NCBI GenBank assembly: GCA_021735645.1
Contig: JAIPGP010000003.1
Coordinates: forward strand, 6,917-70,916
Length of the DNA: 64,000 nt
Origin: Candidatus Cloacimonadota bacterium
Lineage (GTDB): Bacteria > Cloacimonadota > Cloacimonadia > Cloacimonadales > TCS61
Reading direction: 5' to 3'
Made by a program: the position numbers and the translations under genes. Positions 29,360 to 38,000 of this stretch are shown in pieces. Under the pieces are notes generated by a model that saw only the letters and a program-made list of their open reading frames with translations, was not told the origin of the DNA and ran no database searches. Within the stretch, counting starts at the first letter, position 1, and each line of letters begins with the position of its first letter.

Positions 29360-30934
29360 TTACTTAGAGATTCTATTGAAGATAAAATTTTGGGAGCGGA
29401 AGCTGTCTAGAAAGAAGGAAGTAATCTGATTATTTTTGTTTCTCAGGAAGCGGATTTTGATCCCTTTTGAGGGACTAAGGAAGATATCGGGAGCAATCAG
29501 ACAGAGGTCAGTTCCAGTGAATTTCTTGGCGGCATCGATATAGAGATTATCATCAGATTTCGTTAAGGTATAGGTAATATCTAATTCAGGGCTGTAGTAC
29601 TTATTGCAATACATGTCAATTTTATTAAGGTGTGGCATTTGGGAGGTTTTCAGGAGAAATTTATCACCGTTTTCAGAAAGGTGGCGCAGGATAATTGTCT
29701 GGTAATAATCCTCCATAATAATCAATTGCGAGTTGTTTTGGGGATTAACGAAGAGGTTAGTTTCCTCCTGCTGGTAACAGACCGGATCACCCTCGATGCT
29801 TAGCGAGTTATTTTCAGCGGTTAATATTAGCGATTTGTCTTCTCCCAGATAGATATATTCACCGGAATATTTAGCCAGATCAGAGTGGGGCGGACATGAT
29901 TCCGGATCAGTGTTTAACTGGGGTGTAAATTCAGTTTCCAGGTATCCGAGCAATGTTTTCGACAGGCGATCAGGTTTGAAATTATTATGATTAGCCAGCC
30001 AGACGAAGCCGCAATTATGATCAGGGATGAAGCAGATATGGGTAAAGAATCCGGGAACAGCCCCTCCGTGCTGGATCAGACGGCAGTTACGATACTTTCT
30101 GGTTTGGAATCCCATCAGGTAGGGATTAGTTTTGCCATTATTAAGCAGACTGGGTTGAAAGAGGATTTTGAAGATTTGGGGTTGCCACTCCTGCTTAATA
30201 ATAGTATTCAGCCAGGTAGTTAGATCAGTGAGATTAGAATACACTCCACCGGCACCGATCAGAGGGGGGAGTTTATCGGCAGTTTTATATGTATCTGAGA
30301 CCTGATAATAACCGCAGGCAAGACGTGGTATCACTCGGCTGTTATCCTCGCAGTAGAAAGTAGAATTCAGCTTCAAAGGATCAAAAATCAATTGTTTGGC
30401 AAGGTCTGCCAGACTGCTGTTTGAGATCATTTCGATGATAATAGTGAGTAGAGTATAGTTCGTATTACAGTAAGAGAATATTTCGCCCGGGGTAAAGCTG
30501 AGGTATTTCTGCCGGGCAAGTACAGAGAGCAAAGTCTTGCGCCAGGGATATTCATTAGCATAACTGCCCGAAAATTCCATAATATCATACCATTCATGAA
30601 TGCCGCTGGTCATGTGCACCAGATGGCTGATAGTGATACTTTTATAGACTTTAGCCGGTAGTTCCGGCAGGAATTTTCGCAGCGGATCAGAAAGAGAGAT
30701 TTTACCCTGATCGATCAGGAATGCCAGACAGGTAGCTGTAAACTGTTTGGCAAGCGAGCAAAGATAAAACGTAGTGTTTTGAATAACCGGGACGGCATGT
30801 TCGAGAACTGCTTCGCCGAAACAGTGAATTTCTGGTGTTTTATTTTTTTTGATAATTGAGATTGCAAAACCGGGAGCGGGTGATTTTTTCCATTGCCGGC
30901 TGAAATCTTCAATAATGGAATCTGCGTTTTCCAT
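29360..30934 (-). CDS. Beta-lactamase-fold serine hydrolase (S12 family; D-aminopeptidase-like length), apparently cytoplasmic
   Basis: 524 aa with an SxxK motif (CSLAKQF) about 60 aa from the N-terminus. No signal peptide. About 170-aa C-terminal extension beyond the beta-lactamase fold. Confidence 0.7.
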   Translation of the reverse strand: MENADSIIEDFSRQWKKSPAPGFAISIIKKNKTPEIHCFGEAVLEHAVPVIQNTTFYLCSLAKQFTATCLAFLIDQGKISLSDPLRKFLPELPAKVYKSITISHLVHMTSGIHEWYDIMEFSGSYANEYPWRKTLLSVLARQKYLSFTPGEIFSYCNTNYTLLTIIIEMISNSSLADLAKQLIFDPLKLNSTFYCEDNSRVIPRLACGYYQVSDTYKTADKLPPLIGAGGVYSNLTDLTTWLNTIIKQEWQPQIFKILFQPSLLNNGKTNPYLMGFQTRKYRNCRLIQHGGAVPGFFTHICFIPDHNCGFVWLANHNNFKPDRLSKTLLGYLETEFTPQLNTDPESCPPHSDLAKYSGEYIYLGEDKSLILTAENNSLSIEGDPVCYQQEETNLFVNPQNNSQLIIMEDYYQTIILRHLSENGDKFLLKTSQMPHLNKIDMYCNKYYSPELDITYTLTKSDDNLYIDAAKKFTGTDLCLIAPDIFLSPSKGIKIRFLRNKNNQITSFFLDSFRSQNFIFNRISK

Positions 30935-31010
30935 AATTCATCCTTCATCTGAATTCTCAGTTCCATAAATTGAAAATGTAAAAAAATGTAAATATTTTTT
31001 TTGTAAAAAT

Positions 31011-31036
31011 AAAAGCCCGAACTAGTTCGGGCTTTT
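31011..31036 (-). terminator. Terminator of the seven-gene operon
   Basis: AAAAGCCCGAAC-TA-GTTCGGGCTTTT palindrome directly after the stop of the last aconitase-family gene. T-rich sequence follows on the minus-strand transcript. Confidence 0.65.
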
Positions 31037-31058
31037 AATTAATTATAAGCACTTATTA

Positions 31059-32837
31059 TTAATTTTTAACTATCCAGTTGACTAAACCCTTTGCCTGGAA
31101 GATTTCCAGCAGGGCGGGGGGTAGGGGTGGGAATGAGAAATCTTTGCCAGCTACTGTAACCAGTCCTTTTTCCAGATCAACATTTACAATATCACCGGGA
31201 TTATAAGCATTCACTACTTCAGGCAAAACGATGATGGGTAATCCCTGATTAACTGAAGAGCGATAGAAAATACGGTTAACTGATTTCACAATGACAGCTT
31301 TCACGCCGGCATGAGCAAGTCCTACAGCGGGATGCTCACGGGACGAGCCGCAGCCGAAGTTTTCTCCGGCAATCATGACATCACCAGACTGCACATTATC
31401 TTTGAAGCCGGGATCAAAATCTATGAAGAGATAGGGCATGATCGCTTCCGGATCTGAGCTGAGAACCTTATAGGTAAGATTTCCGGCAAACATCTGGTCA
31501 GTATTCAGATTATCCACATCAGCATAATTCCAGGTGCCGTCCAGTCTGCGGTTTTCTGTTTCAGGAATAGTTACTGTGGCAGACTGATCATGCTGGAAGG
31601 GGAATTTATTATTTGCCTTAAAGCCTCTCAGGTCTGTGATGGCGCCTTTAAGAGCAGAATAGGCGACCGTGGCTGGAGAAGCGAGATAGACAAAGGAATT
31701 CTTATTACCCATGCGTCCTAAAAAATTACGATTAGCAGTGGAAAGGACATTATATCCATCAGCCGGAATACCTTGTCCTGTACCCAGGCAGGGACCGCAG
31801 GAAGAGCTAAGGATCACAGCACCGGCATTCATCATTTTGGCGATGAGCCCTTCTTCCATAGCCTGGAGATAAATTTCCTTTGAAGCGGGGCAAACCAGAA
31901 GTTGGAAGCCTTCAGGAATTTTTTTGCCATCCAGTATCTGGGCAGCAATGCGCAGGTCTTCCAGGCGACCATTTGTGCAGGTACCAATGAGAGCCTGATG
32001 AATGGGAGTGCCTTCAACTTCGGAAAGAGCCTTCACATTATCAACGTGATGAGGACAGGCGACCAGCGGGAATATCTCGCTGAGGTTGATATCGATTTCC
32101 TGCAAATAATTAGCGTAGGGATCAGCCCAGTTACCGTTTTCAATAGTCTCAACGCCCAGGAATTCAGCCAGGACGTTATCCGGTGGGAACACAGCATTTT
32201 TAGCGCCCATTTCTGAGGCTAAATTAGCTAAAGTCATTCTCTGGGCAATAGAGAGAGATTTCACTCCATCCCCATGAAATTCAATTGAGCAGTAATTAGC
32301 TCCGGCAGAACCAATCATCCCGATTATCCAGAGAGAGATATCTTTGGCATATACCCCTTTGGAAAGTGAGCCGGTAAGAGTGATTTTTATTGAGTCCGGA
32401 ACTCTGAACCAGGTTTCGCCTCTTTTCCAGAGACCGGCAGACTCAGTTCTATCAATTCCGGCAGCCAGAGCATTGAAAGCTCCAGCAGTGCAGGTATGAC
32501 TATCGGAACCTACAATGATCATTCCCGGCTTAGCATGATAGCTCATTACCTGATGACAGATGCCATCGCCAACGTCATGGAATTTTTTGATTCCCTGGAC
32601 TTTCACAAAGTCACGGATGGCCTGATACTGGTTAGCCAGTTTATCATTAGTAGGTGGAGCATTGTGATCGAGAACAACCAGAAGCTGGTTTGGATCGGCA
32701 ACTTTGGTACCGCCCATCTTTTTGAATGTGTTGGCGATACTGGCAGTATTATCATGTGTAAGCACAATATCCGGTCTGGCAAATACAATAGAGCCGGCTT
32801 TAGCTCCAAATATCTTTTCTACATAAGTTTTTCCCAT
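31059..32837 (-). CDS. Aconitase-superfamily dehydratase, large and small subunits fused (paralogue B)
   Basis: 592 aa. Fe-S ligand motifs GTCTNGR and SSCGPCLG. The small-subunit part carries ENFGCGSSREHPA. LeuC/LeuD-HacA/HacB-like rather than AcnA/B-like in size. Confidence 0.85.
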   Translation of the reverse strand: MGKTYVEKIFGAKAGSIVFARPDIVLTHDNTASIANTFKKMGGTKVADPNQLLVVLDHNAPPTNDKLANQYQAIRDFVKVQGIKKFHDVGDGICHQVMSYHAKPGMIIVGSDSHTCTAGAFNALAAGIDRTESAGLWKRGETWFRVPDSIKITLTGSLSKGVYAKDISLWIIGMIGSAGANYCSIEFHGDGVKSLSIAQRMTLANLASEMGAKNAVFPPDNVLAEFLGVETIENGNWADPYANYLQEIDINLSEIFPLVACPHHVDNVKALSEVEGTPIHQALIGTCTNGRLEDLRIAAQILDGKKIPEGFQLLVCPASKEIYLQAMEEGLIAKMMNAGAVILSSSCGPCLGTGQGIPADGYNVLSTANRNFLGRMGNKNSFVYLASPATVAYSALKGAITDLRGFKANNKFPFQHDQSATVTIPETENRRLDGTWNYADVDNLNTDQMFAGNLTYKVLSSDPEAIMPYLFIDFDPGFKDNVQSGDVMIAGENFGCGSSREHPAVGLAHAGVKAVIVKSVNRIFYRSSVNQGLPIIVLPEVVNAYNPGDIVNVDLEKGLVTVAGKDFSFPPLPPALLEIFQAKGLVNWIVKN

Positions 32838-32852
32838 GATTTTCTCCTTCCT

Positions 32853-34664
32853 TTATCCGAAGATTCCACCCTTGTGGTAGATTTCCATTTGCACATCAGA
32901 GAATGGTTCTGCCTGAATATTCTTATTATCATTCAGATTTGTGATAGTACCTGAGGCAAAATCCACCCTGATAATATCACCATCTTTGAGGTTCAAAGCC
33001 GTAATATCACTGTAAGTCATAATTGGAAAGGCGGCATTAATGGCATTACGCTCATAAATAGCACCAAATGATTCGGCAATAATTGCCTGAACACCCAGGG
33101 ACTTAAAGCAGTCCACTGCCTGTTGCCTGCTGCTGCCGGAGCCAAAATTCTTCTGCACAACTATGATGTCACCAGGTTGAGATTTTTTGGCAAAATCCTC
33201 ATATCCAGCCAGGTTATCGAAAGTATATTGTCCCATTTCTGCCAGATCAGTAATAGTGAGGTAGCGATTATGAAAGATCATATCTGTATCGATATTATCT
33301 TCTTTAATGAACCAGACGCGACCTTCTATCATTTCAGGTTTTGCAACTTTCGGAGCAGATTTAGCAGTTTTTCCCGTCTGCTGTTGAGACTCAGGTTTGG
33401 TAAAGAGAGCCGGTTTGGCAGGAATGTTATCCGGAGTAGTGATATAGCCAGCCACAGCGGAAGCTGCCACAGTAGCGGGAGATGCCAGATAGACGCTGCC
33501 TTTTCCCTGTTTACCGGGGAAATTACGGTTTCCGGTAGAAATAGTGATCTCGCCAGCACCGTTCTGACCGATCTGTCCGGCAGCACAGCCGGCACATCCG
33601 GCATTACCCACCAGGGCGTCGGCATCTTTAAATATTTTGATAAGTCCTTCCTGCAGAGCCTGATTCCAGACATCATCTGTGGAAGGAACTATCTTGAGCA
33701 TAACACCGGGAGCGACTTTATGATCTTTCAGAATAGCAGCAGCTTCACGCAGGTCTTCTATTCTGCCATTAGTGCAGCTGCCAATGAAAGCACTGTCAAT
33801 TTTCACTTTATCCAGAGCTTTTACGGCAATAGTGTCATGAGGTTTACCCGGTTGAGAAGTGCGGGGAATAAAGGTGCCGAAATCCAGATTCAATACCTGT
33901 TCATACTCGGCATCAGCATCAGCCTGCACCAGTTCGAGTTCACGATCTGCCATCATCGATGAAAACTTCATGATTTCGGCATTGGGAGTAAAGAAGATAG
34001 CAATACATCCCATCTCAGTAGCCATACTGGAGATAGTGATGCGTTCATCAAGGGTGAGTTTATCAATATCTTCACCATAAACTTCCACGGCATAACCCAA
34101 AAGGGTATTTGCCCCAAATTCTGCCAGCAGATTAAGAGCAATGTCTTTGGCTGCCACATTAGCGGGGCGTTTTCCATTAATGGTTAATTTCACAGATTTA
34201 GGAACTTTGAACCAGACTTTACCATTTGCCCAGGTTGCGGCAATATCTTGATCGCCCATTCCCTGACCAAAAGCACCAACAGCACCCAGGATATTAGCAT
34301 GAGAATCTGTACTCACTGCTGTGGAACCGGAATAGGCATAACCTTTGTCCATCAGGATATGGGTGCCGATCCCGCTATTTATATCAAACACTTTGAGTCC
34401 CTGTTCACGGGCATATACACGGCAAATCTGCTGATTAACGGCATATTTCTGATCGCTGCCACCCGGATTACAGTCAAAGGTGAACATTGTCAGCTTTGGA
34501 TTTGCTAAGGTCAGGTTATTATTCCGCATGTTTTTTACAACATTAGCACCACCAAAATCACGTGCTACGCGGGCATCAATAAAAATATCTACAATATCTC
34601 CGGGTTTCACAGATTTTTTATCACTGTGATTCACCAGGATTTTTTCTATAAGAGTTAAACCCAT
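32853..34664 (-). CDS. Aconitase-superfamily dehydratase, large and small subunits fused (paralogue A)
   Basis: 603 aa. GSCTNGR and NAGCAGCAAG cysteine motifs. A Gln/Lys-rich linker precedes the small-subunit part, which carries KNFGSGSSRQQA. Confidence 0.85.
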   Translation of the reverse strand: MGLTLIEKILVNHSDKKSVKPGDIVDIFIDARVARDFGGANVVKNMRNNNLTLANPKLTMFTFDCNPGGSDQKYAVNQQICRVYAREQGLKVFDINSGIGTHILMDKGYAYSGSTAVSTDSHANILGAVGAFGQGMGDQDIAATWANGKVWFKVPKSVKLTINGKRPANVAAKDIALNLLAEFGANTLLGYAVEVYGEDIDKLTLDERITISSMATEMGCIAIFFTPNAEIMKFSSMMADRELELVQADADAEYEQVLNLDFGTFIPRTSQPGKPHDTIAVKALDKVKIDSAFIGSCTNGRIEDLREAAAILKDHKVAPGVMLKIVPSTDDVWNQALQEGLIKIFKDADALVGNAGCAGCAAGQIGQNGAGEITISTGNRNFPGKQGKGSVYLASPATVAASAVAGYITTPDNIPAKPALFTKPESQQQTGKTAKSAPKVAKPEMIEGRVWFIKEDNIDTDMIFHNRYLTITDLAEMGQYTFDNLAGYEDFAKKSQPGDIIVVQKNFGSGSSRQQAVDCFKSLGVQAIIAESFGAIYERNAINAAFPIMTYSDITALNLKDGDIIRVDFASGTITNLNDNKNIQAEPFSDVQMEIYHKGGIFG

Positions 34665-34673
34665 CTCATCCTC

Positions 34674-35219
34674 CTAAACCTGCAGTCTGCTTTTAAAGGG
34701 TAAAAAAGTCATAAAATCGGCATGGTGAACTATATATGCTTCTGTAGTGCGTTTAATCATATCACCTTCGCCAGCGTGTGCTGCGATAATATGGGAGACA
34801 GGAGCCGGCACACCGCATTCTTCCGCCAGTGACACTCCACTGAAGGGATGACGCAGATATTTACCATAAGAGCCCTGTACGGCTTTGCCGTTTTCATCCA
34901 GAACATATTCCACCAGCTTGCCCACATCGCAGAGTATGGCACCAGCGATCAGCACATCCATATCAACCGGCAATTCACCATGATAGGAGTTATTTACTAT
35001 ATCACCAGCTTCTTTGGCAATATGAACCACGCTGCGTTTATGATCCATAAAAGTAACTTTTAGATCAGGACCGCAGAGCAGAGTGAAAGGAATACGCATC
35101 AGGTCTTCAGCTGTTAGCGCACTTCTTTCCAGTGCTATTTCCCAGGTCTTTTCAGTCTGGGCACGCAGTTTTTCATCTTTAATCCATTCCAGTTCGGGCC
35201 ATAATTCCTTAATTGTCAT
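34674..35219 (-). CDS. HD-superfamily domain protein with Cys-Asp in place of the His-Asp dyad
   Basis: 181 aa. Layout H60...(AILCDVGK, C97-D98)...H124...H143/H148...HHAD168. Codon 34931..34929 reads TGC on the minus strand. Confidence 0.65.
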   Translation of the reverse strand: MTIKELWPELEWIKDEKLRAQTEKTWEIALERSALTAEDLMRIPFTLLCGPDLKVTFMDHKRSVVHIAKEAGDIVNNSYHGELPVDMDVLIAGAILCDVGKLVEYVLDENGKAVQGSYGKYLRHPFSGVSLAEECGVPAPVSHIIAAHAGEGDMIKRTTEAYIVHHADFMTFLPFKSRLQV

Positions 35220-35234
35220 AATTCCTCCCTATGC

Positions 35235-36422
35235 TCACAGAGCTGCGATTATGGCATCTGTCATCTGTTGTGTACTGGCTGCACCTTTGGAGATAACATC
35301 TGGCGTACCTCTCATTTTAAGCATGTCATAAGTGCGAACTTTGCCTTCTTCCACTACTTGTGCCACTGCAGCTCTGATCTTGGCAGCCTTTTCAGTTTCA
35401 CCAATGTGATCCAGCATCATGCAGGCAGATAATATCATAGCAATAGGAGATACTATTGATACTTCATAATCAGCATACTTGGGGGCAGAACCGTGAGTTG
35501 GTTCAAAAATAGCCACTTTTTGGCCAATATTAGCACTGCAGACAAAACCCAGTCCACCTGTAAGCCCGGCAAAGCCATCAGAAACGATGTCACCAAACAT
35601 ATTTCCGGCAATAATTACTCCATAATTTTCCGGGTCCTTGGTCAGCCACATCATCTGGGCATCAATATTAGTATAATTAAAGGTAATGTCGGGATAATTC
35701 TTAGCTAATTCACGGCAGATAGCCAGCATCATACCAGAAGTTTCGCGAATCACATTTGGTTTTTCACAAAGTGTAACTTTTTTATAACCGAATTCTTTTG
35801 CATATTCAAAAGCCTGTTCACAGATACGCAGAGAATATTTTTTAGTGAAGATGCGTGTACTGATAGCCAGTTCTTCGCGGGGGCACCAGCCGAAATTTTT
35901 CACAAATTTAGGATGGGTCATTAAGCCTTCATACACTTTATCAGGAGGGTTTGTCCATTCCACCCCACCATACAGGCCTTCGGTATTTTGACGGAAGATA
36001 ACTACATCTACTTCTGGTTCTTCGATAGTATCACCAGCGCCGTGCCGGATAAAATTCAGTGGATTACCTTTAAATGTTTTACAGGGACGCTGGCAGATAT
36101 CCAGCAGAAAGTGCTGACGCAAGCCTACGATAGGGCTGTAATAGACAAAGCCTTTATCATTTAATTCAGGACTTAATTCTTTAGCTGCTTCAGATTTTGG
36201 TTTGGAAGTGATAGCACCAAAAAGGCTGATGCCATGTTTTTCCAGTAAGTCTAAGGTTCTTTGGGGAAGAGGATTTCCTTCTTTACACCAGAATTCCCAG
36301 CCGATATCGGCATGTACATATTCTGCATCAAATCCTACTGCGTCCAGAACGCGAATTGCTTCGGGTAATACAGCTTTTCCAATGCCATCACCAGGCATAG
36401 TTACAACGGTTCTTTTTGCCAT
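35235..36422 (-). CDS. Isocitrate/isopropylmalate-dehydrogenase-family beta-decarboxylating dehydrogenase (Icd-like)
   Basis: The start is set at the Met with a GGAGGA RBS; the track ORF extends to 36434. Motifs TMPGDGIG, RQNTEGLYGGVEW, NMFGDIVSD and THGSAPKYA. Confidence 0.85.
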   Translation of the reverse strand: MAKRTVVTMPGDGIGKAVLPEAIRVLDAVGFDAEYVHADIGWEFWCKEGNPLPQRTLDLLEKHGISLFGAITSKPKSEAAKELSPELNDKGFVYYSPIVGLRQHFLLDICQRPCKTFKGNPLNFIRHGAGDTIEEPEVDVVIFRQNTEGLYGGVEWTNPPDKVYEGLMTHPKFVKNFGWCPREELAISTRIFTKKYSLRICEQAFEYAKEFGYKKVTLCEKPNVIRETSGMMLAICRELAKNYPDITFNYTNIDAQMMWLTKDPENYGVIIAGNMFGDIVSDGFAGLTGGLGFVCSANIGQKVAIFEPTHGSAPKYADYEVSIVSPIAMILSACMMLDHIGETEKAAKIRAAVAQVVEEGKVRTYDMLKMRGTPDVISKGAASTQQMTDAIIAAL

Positions 36423-36438
36423 TGTGTCCTCCATATTT

Positions 36439-37998
36439 TTATTTAGTTTTTACTTTTCTAACGCTATCTATCACAGTGCCATCTACCCATTTGATAATGG
36501 CAACAATATCATCTTCCAGTTCCGGTTTGGCAGGTTTACCGCAAATAGCTTCTGCTTCTGCTTTAAGCTGTTCAATAGTTTTAATTGGTAAACCGGAATG
36601 TCTGGTTTTATCTATCAAATCTTTCCTCAGCGGATTTATGGCAATTCCACGTTCTGTAACTATCACGTCCACCATACTGCCAGGACCCACCAGTGTGGTT
36701 ACCTGATCTAAGATAACCGGCATCCGGTTACGGAAAAGAGGAATTGGTAAAATAGTACACTTGGCAAAAAGACAATTTTGCCAGCCACCAATACCATGCA
36801 GCAGTAAACCATCTGAATGAGTTATCACATTGCCATTAAAATTCACATCCACTTCCGTGGCACCTAAAACTACAACATCCATCATAGAAAGATAAAATCC
36901 TTTGCTATGATAATCATAAGTGTGGAACACTGATATAGCGTAATGATTATCATTTTTGTCCATTGATTCCACCGCATTATGATCAAAGGTTTGACCATCC
37001 AGCATGTACTCTAACTGACCTTCTTCCAGCATCTGCGTGCTGTATTTTGTGGTGCCGCCTATAGACCAGCGAGCTCTCCAGCCCTTTCGCTTTAATATCT
37101 CATGGATATATATTCCAATCGAAAGCGACGTTCCGCCTGCTCCTGCCTGAAAACTGAATTCATCATAGATCAAGCCGGCTGCTTCAATGAATTTTGCTGT
37201 TAACTCTGCTATCAAAAGCCGGTCAGGACTTTTGGTTATCTGTGTAGTACCGCTCACTATCATTTCAGGGATTCCTATTTTATCTACCACTACCACATAA
37301 TCAATATAATTGCCATGAAGCTGCATGGGAATACAGGGGAAAGGTACTAGATTATCTGTTACTATTATGGATTTATGAGCATACTGGCTGTCTGCCAGTC
37401 CAAAACCCAGACCGCCACAGGCGGAAGGTCCATGCAAACCATTTGCATTACCAAAGGCATCAGCTTCCGGAGCTGCCAGAACAGCAATATCGATAATCAC
37501 TTCGCCATCTTCCACTGCCTGATAACGACCACCATGAGAACGGAGTATGGCAGTTCCCCGCATCTTTCCCATCGAGCAGTATTTACCCAAAGGTCCGTTC
37601 ATACTGCCCTCTATGTGGTGTATTGTACCATCATCCAGATATTTAATGATCTCGGCATGGCAGGGGAAAGAGGCAGATGGGAACCAGACCAGGTCTTTGA
37701 TCTTCATCTCACTGGCTATCTTGAATACTTCATTTGCCACCAGATCACCATTTCGCAGATGATGATGGGTACTGATCACCATTCCATCTTTCAATCCAGC
37801 TGCCTGCAAAGCTTCTTTCAAATTAGGAACTACTTTATTGCCGTCTGCCGGATAATCTTCGGCGCAGACAAGCGGCGGACCATAGCGATGACCTTCCGGT
37901 CTATATTTACCGTTTCCCAGATAGGGAACCTGTTTTTTACCATTCACTTCTGCAGGTACGGTGCGTCCTACGAAATTTTTTACTAATTCGGCTGCCAT
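36439..37998 (-). CDS. citF: Citrate lyase alpha subunit (citrate CoA-transferase)-type protein
   Basis: 519 aa, collinear by eye with CitF. Matching segments: STHHHLRNGDLV, RSHGGRY, FGNANG, FQAGAGGTSL, LGATEVD and VTERGIAINP. Confidence 0.85.
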   Translation of the reverse strand: MAAELVKNFVGRTVPAEVNGKKQVPYLGNGKYRPEGHRYGPPLVCAEDYPADGNKVVPNLKEALQAAGLKDGMVISTHHHLRNGDLVANEVFKIASEMKIKDLVWFPSASFPCHAEIIKYLDDGTIHHIEGSMNGPLGKYCSMGKMRGTAILRSHGGRYQAVEDGEVIIDIAVLAAPEADAFGNANGLHGPSACGGLGFGLADSQYAHKSIIVTDNLVPFPCIPMQLHGNYIDYVVVVDKIGIPEMIVSGTTQITKSPDRLLIAELTAKFIEAAGLIYDEFSFQAGAGGTSLSIGIYIHEILKRKGWRARWSIGGTTKYSTQMLEEGQLEYMLDGQTFDHNAVESMDKNDNHYAISVFHTYDYHSKGFYLSMMDVVVLGATEVDVNFNGNVITHSDGLLLHGIGGWQNCLFAKCTILPIPLFRNRMPVILDQVTTLVGPGSMVDVIVTERGIAINPLRKDLIDKTRHSGLPIKTIEQLKAEAEAICGKPAKPELEDDIVAIIKWVDGTVIDSVRKVKTK

Positions 37999-38000
37999 CT

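Noticed and set aside
33123-33962. 279-aa plus-strand ORF inside the aconitase-family gene A. Similar long antisense ORFs occur at 37375-37986 (in citF), 50696-51328 (in ychF), 49547-50059 (in ftsK), 17344-17793 (in the racemase-like gene) and 43008-43478 (in the TPR gene).
   Set aside because: Each lies opposite a gene with strong family motifs. Each has a biased Ser/Arg/Phe-rich composition typical of antisense frames and lacks an RBS or recognisable domain.
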